From: Podarcis gaigeae
Taxonomy: Eukaryota
Assembly (NCBI GenBank): GCA_964106915.2
Contig: OZ066919.1
Direction: 5' to 3' (one strand)
Length of the DNA: 64,000 bases
Shown here: positions 37,583-48,920 of the stretch, one piece after another
Numbering within the stretch: the first letter of the stretch is position 1
Layout of the letters: every line of letters starts with the position of its first letter
Translations under genes and position numbers: made by a program
The notes under the pieces: generated by a model
Seen by the model: the letters and a program-made list of their open reading frames with translations, nothing else
What the model was told of the DNA's origin: nothing
The model's database searches: none

Positions 37583-39935
37583 AAATCTATCTATCAAATT
37601 TTTCTTGTGGAGACATTGTCAGATTTAGCAGAGACCTTTATAGATTACTGTACTCATTCACCATTCTAACTCAACTATCCTGAGACTCTGCTTTTCCCTT
37701 TCCTTCTCCCCTTTAAAGTTCCTTTAGCTTCTCTTAAAGGGCCAATAATTTATCAATAATCAATAAAGGCGAAGTTTAAGGCAGCCTCTTAATTACTTTT
37801 CGCATCTGCAAAAGCAGTGTTTTTGTGTGTGTGTGGACCTATTGCCTCCATTGTCACTGCTGAAAGGGATGTCCGTGTGAGCATCAGAGCTCCCAGGATC
37901 TCAACAAATTGCTGAACTTCAAGGGATCAATCAGCCACTTCACATGTAATCTGGCGGGCTGGGGTGTGGACCCAGTCTTTAAAAGAACCTGCACTGATGC
38001 CTTGCTTTCTCTCTGACCTGTTTACATCTCATTCTGAAAGCAGCCAATTGACAAATGACTACTGTTGCCATCCATAAGATGCATGTTCTTGACATTCAGT
38101 AGAATAAATGCAACAATGTCCATTTAATTTCAAGGTGATTGATTTTTATTTTTATATTGGGGTTTTTTCCTCCACATAGCCTCACACCCAGGGTATAATT
38201 ACTACCCATAACTTGTCTGAGATTTTCATGGCTAATTAATTGATAAAGTGAGTGTTAAATTCTTTTCTTTCTCTCTCTCTTGATACTATATTAGCCTGTC
38301 CTTAAAACATGTAATTCAATGAAGAGCAATCTAGTGCAAATTTGTAATAAAGGACAGAGTTTCGGTTGATTCATTCTCCTCCACTGAATTCTGAAGTCCT
38401 CTGTGGGCTGGTTCACAGCTTCACTTCGCGAGGTCATCTGTTCCTGGAATAGAGCTTGTTTCATAGCACGGCTTCAAATTAAGCCAAGGGAAGGCCAGGG
38501 ATCTTATAGGCCTAGTTTCTAACGAAGCTTATTTTCTTTAGCTAGAACCCAAAGTCTTACATAAAGAGAAGACAAATTAGGAAGCTGAACTGATAAACAA
38601 CAGCAAAAAATCAATACTACAGAAAGAGTCTGCCACCAGAAAAAAAATGAAGATTAAGTGACAGAGCGAAGCAAGGATGACAGCAGATAGACTGAAAGAG
38701 CCAAACAAAGCAAATGTGGTAGATTGTTTGGGTTAAATTAGGTCAGAATTTTAATGCTTCATAAAAACTGTGAGCACAAATATAACTTCAGCAAGAGATT
38801 TAAGTCTGGAAGCCACACCGCCAGAGGAAAGGATATAAAATAAATCCAGACTTTGTGAATGCTAAGGAAACAAAGAGCAGGTGAAGACATTTTACTGCAA
38901 GTAATTTGGTAAATTATTAAAGAAAATCACCCCAGCCACACATTTTGTAAAAATGGTCTCTCTATCAAAGCTGAGACAACAAAAACAACCTTGCCTGTTA
39001 GCTTTTATAAATCCTCATCCAAGTTCTGAAACTGGAAATTGGTTGGTATATGAATACTCATTTCTGTTCTAACCACATGTTTATGAATGGAGCTTTCAGA
39101 ACAGTTGTGGGAAACACTGGAAGCTTATAAAAAAAATGCATTTGCACCTGTGCATGAGGACTCTGAAATTCGATTTTATAGGGTAGCAAACCAAGCAAGA
39201 CAGGTCAGGAATAGGTTTCCTGGAAGCTTTAAAAATAAAAATAATAAAATGGTAATTACATCTCTTCTAAGGAAAAGTATACATACCCTTCCATGCTCTT
39301 ATCCTTCATGAGACTCGTTTAATTGGGTAGGTTATTATATTTAAGACGGTGTTCAACCCACCTCCATTTTGCTTGGGTTTAGAGGGTCATAGAATTTTGT
39401 TGGCCAAATCAAATATTGTCAAAGGCGATGTTGTGATTTGAAACAAAATTTCCAACAGAGACAAGCTGTAATCAAGGTCACTTCAATTTCTTCTTTCATG
39501 TCTTCAACTTAATTTTTAACTCTGTTATTTTTACCTCGTTTTATCATGAGGTGGGGAATTTAAACCCGCCCACATATGTAAGGTTGGTTCTGGATTTCAA
39601 AAGCTTAGTTATTTTGACAAACCAGTTTGTGGTACAAAGAATGCAAATTAAACTTTCAGCACCATGAACGTATGGGCTAATTTAAGATAAATTTGAGAAG
39701 AGGCCTTGTAAAATTTAAATTTCCAAGTGCAGTCAATTCCCCTTTAGTCATATTTTGCAGCTCAAATGTAGCTAGATCTCCCATCAAAGCAAACAAAAGT
39801 TTCTGATGTTGCGTCATTCCTTAGTCATCAACATCACTATCATGGCTGCTTTCAAATGCATACTGCCAAGTGATTCTAGAGCTGTTGTGTATAGCTACAC
39901 AATAGGGCTTGTCCATCTGTTGTTGTTTATGAGTA

Positions 39936-40185
39936 TAGTCATATCTTGGAAGTCAAGCAGCTTAGTTCCCAAACGTTTTGGCTCCCAAACATCACAAACC
40001 CAGAAGTGGCTGTTCAGGATTGCGAACTATTTTTGAAAGCCAAACTTCCGATGGGGCTTCTGTGGCTTCCGATTGGCTGCAGGAGCTTCCTGCAGCCAAT
40101 CAGAAGTCGTGCTTTGATTTCCAAACGTTTTGGAAGTCGAATCGACTTCTGGAACAGATTCCGTTCGACTTCCAAGATGCAACTG
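39936..40185. mobile_element. pogo/Tigger-like MITE (second family)
   Basis: TA|tagtcatatcttggaag...cttccaagatgcaactg|TA. Confidence 0.8.
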
Positions 40186-40187
40186 TA

Positions 40188-40429
40188 CAGTGGTACCTCG
40201 GGTTACATATGCTTCAGGTTACATACGCTTCAGGTTACAGACTCCGCTAACCCAGAAATAGTACCTCAGGATAAGAACTTTGCTTCAGGATGAGAACAGA
40301 AATCGTGCTCCTGTGGTGCGGCGGCAGCAGGAGGCCCCATTAGCTAAAGTGGTGCTTCAGGTTAAGAACAGTTTCAGGTTAAGAATGGACCTCCGGAACG
40401 AATTAATTACTTAACCCGAGGTACCACTG
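40188..40429. mobile_element. pogo/Tigger-like MITE (CAGTGGTACC family)
   Basis: Perfect TIR cagtggtacctcgggtta...taacccgaggtaccactg with TA TSD. Confidence 0.95.
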
Positions 40430-41351
40430 TACAGCCATTCCACCTTTCTCTTAAAGCACACACAAACACAGAAGATTTTCTCTATACCTTAAGGTACAAA
40501 CTGGCTCGTGCCATTCCAAAAGGTCGCTCAATTAGTGCTGTGCATGTATCATTGAGTCTCTGCTCTTTTATTCTGTGGGTTGTATCCTGCTGGTGTGCCT
40601 CCACTCAAGGAAGGCAGCAGAGCCTTCCAATGGCAAAGCATAGACCAAGGCAACATTTGGTGATTCCCCCTCCCTCAGGAGTCCCTGTGCCAGGTCCCAA
40701 GCTGCTTCTAAGCCCCCCCCCCCCCATCTTCCAGACCAGGTTTGGAGATTGCAATTGAGAGGGGAACTCACTGAATCAAGGGGGCAAACTTGAATAAAAT
40801 TTGGGTGGAGGGGCAAGTAAGCTCCGCCCTGCATAACTGATCACAAGATGTGGCACACATGCACTGTTTGAATGGAGTTCATAGGAGTTGGTTCCTATGA
40901 ACTGACTATCCTATTCTACTGAAGGAAGGCTTCCCCGAATCAAAGAGCCTTCTGGCAATAGAGAGGGCACCAAACAGATGCAACCTAGTGTGTTTTCAGC
41001 TGCTGGTACCAGTAATTCATAAACTTGTAAAAAAAAATAAAAATGCACCTTTATTACAATTTTATTGTTGTTTAAATTACTTTATTTGAAGATTTTTCCA
41101 TTTTCAAACAGTGGTACATAACGATAATTTCGTGAACCACTCCTTTCAAATACAGACCCTCCAAGTGTCCCTATTTTCCAGGAAGAAGCCGTCCCAGTTT
41201 CTGATTTGATCCCGGAATGTCCTGCTTTTCCTTAAGACATTCCTATTTTCATTGGAGAAATGTTGAAGGGTACGGTAGGATTGGAGAAATGTTGGGGGGT
41301 ATGGAGTTATTTGACTCCCGAACCGTCTGCAGGCAATCCTGTATAGGTAAG

Positions 41352-42176
41352 TGTCAGGGGCTCAAGAGCAGAAGCACTGAAGGGAGGAGATGGAGAGCGA
41401 AGGGGAAGAATCCGAGGGGAGCGTAGGAGAAGATGACAGTGGCCCGAGAGATTCCATGAGCCTCTCCAGCGAATCGGAAGATTCACAGAAGGGGGCGCCA
41501 GTGGCCAGGGCAAGGGGGTTCCCAAGGGGGACACCCCAGGAGCAAGGGGCCAGCGGGGACTCCCAGAGCAGCAGTTGGAAATCAGGACCAGCTTCCCCAC
41601 CAGAGCATAGTGGGGGGGGAAGAGTCCCAGGTATCGGGGCCAGCGGATCCCCCACCAGGGAGAGAAGATGAGTCAAGGCTGACCACGCCTCTATCGGAGA
41701 GTCAGGCAACGGAGGGGAGGTCAGGTCCAGCCAGCATCCCGGAAGAGGGAAGCAGTGACAGAAGCAGTGTAACGGTCAGGAGGAAGGTCACTGGGTTGGC
41801 GCGAGAGACAAGTTCAAATGTACAGGGGCACGGGACAGCAGAGAATGAGGATTGGGAACCGGGTCCTAAAGCCCGCCGGAGGCAAGGGGAGGAGTCAGGC
41901 GACTCAGCGTCAGAAGAGTCCAGAAAGGGGCATGCCCCAGCGGGCAGGAGGACCCAGAGGAGGAGAGAGCAGCGGAAGAGGTGGAGCAGGGCTAGGATCT
42001 TAAACTGGTGTCAGGGGAGAGGAGATTAAGACGGGACTTCGACGGTCTAGGGTTTAAGACGTAGAGCTGCGCGCTGCGGCTTTGAAATGGAAACTGAACT
42101 TTAATAAAGACTTTTGTACATAACGACGACCTGGCGTTGGTCCTCTGTGAGCTGGGACCTTGGGGCAGCTCTGACA
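41352..42176 (+). mobile_element. Solo LTR (probably Gypsy-type), 825 bp
   Basis: TGTCAG...CTGACA termini, exact 5-bp TSD GTAAG, TATA-like tttaag at ~42053 and AATAAA at 42103-42108. Confidence 0.9.
41390..42029 (+). pseudogene. LTR-encoded ORF, frameshifted in a G8 run (acidic Ser/Glu N-terminus, Arg-rich C-terminus)
   Basis: ORFs 41390..41671 and 41610..42029 join into 212 aa if one G is removed from 41612-41619. Confidence 0.55.
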
Positions 42177-42379
42177 GTAAGATTTTTTCCCCCCATGTTT
42201 AATGTTTCATTATGTTTTTATATATGTTGGAAGCTGCCCAGAGTAGCTGGGGCAACCCACTAAGATGTGTGGGGCATAAATAGTAAATTTATCATTGTGG
42301 AATGGGACGTCCCTATTTTCACTGGGTAAATGTTGGAGGATATGCAAATACAGCCACAACCCTGTGAGTTATGTTAGAC

Positions 42380-42515
42380 CAGTGTTTCTCAACCTGTGGG
42401 TCCCCAGGTGTTGTTGGACTACAACTCCCATCATTCCTAGCCAGCATGACCAGTGGTCAGGGATGATGGGAGTTGTAGTCCAACAACATCTGGGGACCCA
42501 CAGTAAGTAACACTG
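42380..42515. mobile_element. URR1-like hAT MITE
   Basis: cagtgtttctcaacctgtggg...cccacagtaagtaacactg with an 8-bp TSD (t/g)gttagac. Confidence 0.88.
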
Positions 42516-42786
42516 GGTTAGACTGAGAGGCAGTGAATAGCCCTAGGTCATCAAGTGTGATTAATAGAGTTGGGTAAATTGAAGCATTCTTGGGATATAG
42601 TTGCTGTTTGGTGATCCCAATGCAGGAACAGTTGTCCTGCCTGCTGTAGTAAATGCTTTCTCGCATCCTCTGTGCTCTGCTTGTACTGTATATATGTAAA
42701 TAGAAGAGGTATTACAAAAAAAAACACCCTGCTAGACCCTAGCCCTCTCTATTTTTTCTCATTTAAAGGAACTGAACCCTATTGCT

Positions 42787-42922
42787 CAGGCTTCCTCAAA
42801 CTCGGCCCTCCAGATGTTTTTGGCCTACAACTCCCATGATCCCTAACTAACAGGACTAGTGGTCAGGGATGATGGGAATTGCAGTCCCAAAACATCAGGA
42901 GGGCTGAGTTTGCCTATGCCTG
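42787..42922. mobile_element. Short hAT MITE
   Basis: caggc...gcctg ends, internal ctacaactccc palindrome and degenerate 8-bp TSD ctattgct/ctatatct. Confidence 0.8.
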
Positions 42923-43956
42923 CTATATCTGCTAGACTACACTTTTCACTGTTCAAGGAAGTGGAAAGCTGTTGCATTTGTACACGAAAGTCATGTTTTC
43001 TAGCCCTCTTTAAAAATAAAAAAATCATCGTTCAATCAACCCCCCTCTATTAGTTCTTTGCCTTTTGGGACTGGTCACATGTCATCAGCTTTTAGATAAA
43101 GAGCTCATAATTATAGACTTATCTCCAAGACAAAAAATAATAATAATAGCACTATCCGGTTTTTTTTACTCACAGATTCTTCAAGCAGTTTCACTTTATA
43201 CCCTGACTCAACGCAGACTGGAGCGGGGAGGATTTGGGGAATAAGCTGAACGCTGTGTCTGAATGCTTTTGTTAAGTGAAAAGACTTCAGCACAAAGTGG
43301 ACTATTCACCAATAGCCACTTAAAATAGCGGGAGGAAAGATAAAATTATGCATCTTGTAATTAATATTTTAATTTGGCGAGGAAGGAGCTACATAGTGAT
43401 TAAGCCTGTCTCTCCCTCTCTGATAATAATGAAGCCAGACAATCTCAAGAGAAGCTCTGTGGCGGAGAATGTAATGCCATTGATTAAGACCATGTTTCCA
43501 GGGTGGGTACTTCTTTTAAAACGAAAACCAAGCCAATTTGCTTGTGCTTTGGGATGGAAGGGGTGGCATGCTTTGCCCAAAAACTGTGAAAGCACTGAAG
43601 CGTCATTAAAGGCAATTAGATTAATCAAGCCTTTTTTTTGTGGTCCAGCTTTGCTTCTCACCCACAATAGCTGCTAATTGCTGCTTCATCAGCCGAAAGT
43701 TGTTGTGCTTTTCAACAAAATACACAAATTTTCGGTCAATGTTGGGGAAGTAGTTAGCAGGATTCTGCAGTTCTACGAACAGTTGCTTTTCAGCAGAGGC
43801 ATCCTTGAGTTCTGTGTAACTTGGGGCATCATCTATACATGCTCAGAAACAGCCATGCACAATGGCTGGTCTGGTACCAAGCTAAATCAAATGAAATCTA
43901 CCCTTTCCTGTCTTTTTGTAAGCAAGTGTGTGCACTCACTCACTCACTCTCACAGA

Positions 43957-44312
43957 CAATACCCTCCAACATTTCTCCAATGCAAATAGGGACGTCCTAT
44001 TCCATAATACCCCACCCACCTGACTGGGTTGACCCAGCCACTCTGGGAAGCTACCAACATATATAAAAACATAATAAAACATTAAACATTTTTTTAAAAA
44101 ACTTCCCTATACAGGGCTGCCTCCTGATGTCTCCTAAAGTTACTTATCTCCTTCGCTCAGGGGTCACATAACTCCATACCCTCCAACATTTCTCCAATGA
44201 AAATAGGGATGACCTAAGGGAAAGCAGGATATCCCGTGATCAAATCAGAAACCGGGACGGCTTCTGTAAATCCAGAACTGTCCCTGGAAAACAGAGACAC
44301 TTGGAGGGTCTG
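43957..44312. mobile_element. Composite MITE, uninterrupted copy
   Basis: ataccctccaac...ttggagggtctg, TSD cacaga/cacaca, and an internal second ataccctccaacatttctcc at ~44176. Confidence 0.85.
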
Positions 44313-44479
44313 CACACACTATTACACAGTCCAAGGTCTTAAACTGCTTGCCAAGCCTGGTGCCCAAGAGAGTTGAGTGGATGTAAGATACCACTGAATT
44401 AAGTCAAAGCCCATTTAATCTAGCATTCTGTTCCCACAATGGTTGATCATATGCCTATGGGAAGCCCATAAAAAGAACC

Positions 44480-44700
44480 CAAGTCCAATTATCATTAAGT
44501 GCAATGGTTCAAAGACATTAAATAGAGCAGAGGGCAAAATGGATGCTTGTGGGACTCTACAGCCCAAAAACCATGGAGGCAAGCAACAGTCTCCTAGTAC
44601 TACCGTTTGGTAGTGATCCTGCAAGTAGGAGATCTCCAGGTCATCTCCTTTCTGGCCTCAGGGTAGGAGAGGCAGATATGCTCCCCCTTAACTGCAGGGA
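44480..44700 (-). mobile_element. L2 LINE RT fragment
   Basis: QTVVLGDCCLPPWFLGCRVPQASILPSALFN resembles the L2 RT motif GVPQGSILSP.LFN. Confidence 0.75.
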
Positions 44701-45432
44701 CTGGCAGTGATCTAAAAGGGGAAAATCTATACTCCCGAGATATGAAAATCCACATAGCCCCAGAAATTAATTTCAACATATTTTTTCTCTTCCCTCTTTT
44801 GATATAACTCCACAAGTATTCAACTTATATGGATTCCCTTTCCAATTACAGCTTCTGAAATTCTCTAGCTATGCAGTATAAAGCTCTCCTTCTAGCTTTG
44901 CCCTTCAACAGCAAGGAGGAAAAGATAAAGTTGAAAACAGGTAAAGAAGGGGAACTGTTGAAAAGAGTGATAAGAAATATTTTGCCATTATTCAGCAGAG
45001 TATTTCTGCTGAGTAGAACAAATGCCTGGAAATGCTAAGAGGAACATAAGAGCCCCTAATGATAATTCATTGGGGGATAGAATATCGGAGATATAAACAG
45101 CTATTTCCACAGTGGTAGCACAATGGCACGTGGATTAGTCATGCTGGTCACTCGTGCACTGGTGTCAGAAAATCTATTACTTTAGAAACAAAGCAAGAAA
45201 GATAGGAAATTAACAAACTCATTGAAATAGGTTGTATTTAAGGTCTTTTCATCCTTCATGAGTTGGCTTAATAAACTGGTGTGGTTTTTTCTTGTCAGTA
45301 CCCTATAAACTGCAGGAGTTGTCTTCAGAGGTCACTGTGACTAGAGATTCTTTTGGGCAGGGGTGCTAAACTCCAACTTTAAGGTCTAAGTAGCTCCGCC
45401 AGGCCTCCCTGCTTGTACTGAGCAGTCATTTT

Positions 45433-45747
45433 AAGGTAAAGGTAAAGGGACCCCTGACCATTAGGTCCAGTCGTGACCGACTCTGGGGTTGTGGCACTCA
45501 TTGGCTGAGGGAGCCGGCATACAGCTTCCAGGTCATGTGGCCAGCAAACCAGAGCAGCGCACGGAAATGCCGTTTACCTTCCCGCCAGAGCGGTACCTAT
45601 TTATCTACTTGCACTTTGACATGCTTTTGAACTGCTGGTTAGCAGAAGCTAGGACCGGACAACGGAAGCTCACCCCATCGCGGGGATTCGAACCGCCGAC
45701 CTTCTGATCAGCAAGTCCTAGGCTCTGTGGTTTAACCCACAGCACCA
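45433..45747 (-). mobile_element. Sauria SINE with internal deletions
   Basis: aaggtaaaggtaaagggacccctgacc tail, core and tRNA head. Confidence 0.92.
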
Positions 45748-47514
45748 ACAAGTGCTAATCACATAGGGAGAGCCTGTTGGATCAAGCCAGTGGCTCATCA
45801 TCCTGTTCTCAGAGTGAGATAACCATGGGAATACATGAATGACATGAATTCAAAATTCATAAGTTCAAAAACTTACCGTATGTCATAGTGTGGTTTAATT
45901 TCTAAATAAGAAGCATGGAGCCAATCTTTTCTGAAAATGGTACTTGGTTCCGCTTACACAGAAGCTCTTCCCCTTTCCTTAGTTGTGCAATTTTTTTGTG
46001 TGAGAAGACAATGGCGCTCTGCACATGTGTAATGACACACTTCCTTAAATACCGGTAAGTGCTGCACAAGTCCTATTGTGATGTAAACAGCAAGCTTGAA
46101 CATTCTTTTGTAATTCAAGAAAATCTTTAATACAAATTGTTGTTGTTGTTGTTTAAAAAATGCAGTCCTCCCAAGTCAAAATGTTACCAGCCACTGCTGA
46201 TCAGTAGTGTGATGGGGTCTGAATTAACCAACCTTTTTCCAGCGTGCATTTGTTTTTAAATTGCCAAATACAATTCTGAATCAAAACTGGGGGAGGATGT
46301 GGCACAAACCCATCAGTATTCACAATGGAACTGAACATTCTGGCCCAGCCAAGTTTGTACACCAAACCAGGTAATTTACAGATCATTGCAACATCACTTC
46401 TGCACGTTGCTGTTCTCAGCTGCCAATGAAAATTCACAGAGGATCAACTGAATTTGAAAGTATTGTTCATTGGAATCAATGGGACGTCTAAGCAGACGTG
46501 TTCAGTATCAGAGTGGAGAAATTAAGTAGCTTCGCTTGTTGTTCTTATTGTTTGGCAAAGCTCAGCCCAAGTTATGGCAGGCAGCTGCTCCTGTGTGGTT
46601 TTCACATTCTTCCAATGAAAGCTAGGAAGTGATGACTGATGTCTCATTTGGCTTTTATCTTTTGGAAGGAGATGATCAAAAGCTCTGCAGATTGGAATGA
46701 TTTTATTTGAGGTGATAATATTTACTGCCCTTGCTACCATCTAGCATTTGTTTCTCTTTCTCTGCAGTCAATGTGAATTTGCAATGACTCAATCTGAGTT
46801 CGTACAGCGCAATGCCAGGCATATTTTACGGGCCTGCTGACATGCACCATGCTGGTTGCTCACCAATTTTCTCCCCTGATCCAAACTTGGCAACAGAAGA
46901 TACCGTTGACAGATTTCAGGTTAACTATTCCAGAGTGGGAGTCATACATAGTTACTATTGCCAACAAGAAAACAGATAAAATGCAATAAGACCCAACAGC
47001 AAATTCAGCAGTTGAATAGTCTTATTAATGTGTGTATATATAGAACTGCTTCTTCATTTAGAAAATATAGGTAAATTGGCTGGATCCAGACTTGCCATTC
47101 AGCGAACAGAAAGGCTCCTTTTTAGAACAGAAGAGACAGAGATCTAACAGAGGCTCCTGTTGAAGGAAGAGTGGAGGTGATTTTTCTTTTCTTTTTAAAT
47201 TTCCACTTTCTCCTACAGACCCCAGTGCCATTGCTCGCTGTGTTCCAGATGGTCTTTCAACTCTTCTTAGAAGTAGCCTCTGTCCACTGAGCTATCGAAG
47301 CTAGAAGCAATCAAAGCAGAACAACAAGGTTGAAGCCAGTCATCCATTAACAAGTGCAGAGAACAAAATTGTCTTCATGGGCACCAGAACATTCATAAAG
47401 TATGTGCCAGTTGAGCATCTCTTGAGCAGTTGCAAAGCTGCTACCACAAAGGCTCCCTTTCCAGTTCTTACCTGGTTCGCCTTTGAATATGGTAGTACCT
47501 GCAGCACAGATTCT

Positions 47515-47715
47515 TTTTTTTAAAAGTAATATTTATTAAGAGTTTAAAGATTACAGAAAAAAGAAAGAAAAAAGTTAAACAAAGCAAAACAATACATTAC
47601 AATACATAAAAAACAAAAAATACTACTTATCTTAACAAAAGAGAAACAAAAAAAAAACCCCAATTAAAAACACATCCAATATTTCCAAATCTTGTCTTTC
47701 ATTTACTTAAATTAA
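47515..47715 (-). mobile_element. L1-type 3' UTR fragment
   Basis: Exact 21-bp TSD AGTACCTGCAGCACAGATTCT (47494-47514 and 47716-47736). Minus-strand AATAAA plus poly(A). Confidence 0.8.
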
Positions 47716-48519
47716 AGTACCTGCAGCACAGATTCTGATAACAGTCCCAAGGGAGTGGGCAGGTAGTTCTTCAGATCAAAATAGGGTTAGTCATTTGTCT
47801 TAACAATTAACCAGTATAGAGAAAAGTGGACAAGCATAATGTAAAGTAGCAGAAGTACTGGTTGAGTACTATGACCTTGGCTTGTTAGTGCCAATAAATT
47901 CACAAGATTCTGCTTGCAGTGGATTAACATCAGCTTACTTGCCAGATCTCAGTGGGTGGTAGCACATGGCGTAGAGCAATTAACTTGCTATCCAAGTATT
48001 TTTGTTTAGTTTCCAAACTGAGGATAACATTCAGAAGCTTTACGTGTTTGGCCCACTTGATTTAAAGTTACTCACTCTTCATAAGAAGACACCATCTTAC
48101 TCCACACTGTGTTCCCAAGGGGTTCCAATTGAGATGTCATAGAAGTTCCTGAGACCCAAGGCAAGTGTTTTGATGCTTGGGACTCCTGAACCAGAGAAGA
48201 GTCAACCCACTTGACTTTTCCTTTCCATTTCCTCTTACATGGCGGAGGCAAATGTAGGACTACAGAGGGAGAGGTATGTTAGGTCTCTCCTGCTAATTCT
48301 AACACCTGACTTGCTGTCAGCTCTGCCACTGCCAAGCCCTCATCACAGCTATTGCAGATAGATAATGGGAGGAGGAGTAAAACAGCTGCATCTGCCTCCA
48401 CCACTCTCACTGGAACTAAAGCCATTTGCCAAATAAGGAGGCTGCACTCAGAACTGGATGGAGGGATAGCTGCTCATAAGGTTCGGAAGAGGGATTTGGA
48501 CCTGACTCTGTGTCCAATG

Positions 48520-48920
48520 ATTATTTTTTTATTTGACTTATATACCACCCTTCATCCTAAGATCTCAGGGTGGTTCACAAGATAAAATACAAGGTAAAAG
48601 CACAAATAGTTAAATTAAAAACAACAAAACAGTAGCACCTCCCATCCCACAAACACATTTCAAAGGCTGTAAAATATTAACTAGCCAAAGTCCTGCTTGA
48701 AGAGGAAAGTTTTCACCAGGCTCCTAAAGATATATAGTGAAGACACCAGACAAACCTTCCTGGGGAGAACATTCCACAAATGGGGAGCTGCTACGGAGAA
48801 GGTCCATTCTCGTGTTGCTACCCTCTGGACCTCTTGTGGAAGAGACACATGAAGAAAGGACTCAGATTATATATGAACACAGAGGTGGTCCTTGAGGTAT
48901 TGTGGCCCTGAGCCAATGTT
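48520..48920 (-). mobile_element. L2 LINE 3' fragment
   Basis: Typical lizard L2 tail in reverse (cattccacaaatggggagc...gaaggtcc; gtccttgaggtattgtggccctgagcc). Confidence 0.65.

Larger units (their letters stand above)
41153..42344. mobile_element. Composite MITE with 6-bp TSD CAAATA, split by a solo LTR
   Basis: caaata|cagaccctccaa...ttggaggatatg|caaata. Confidence 0.85.
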
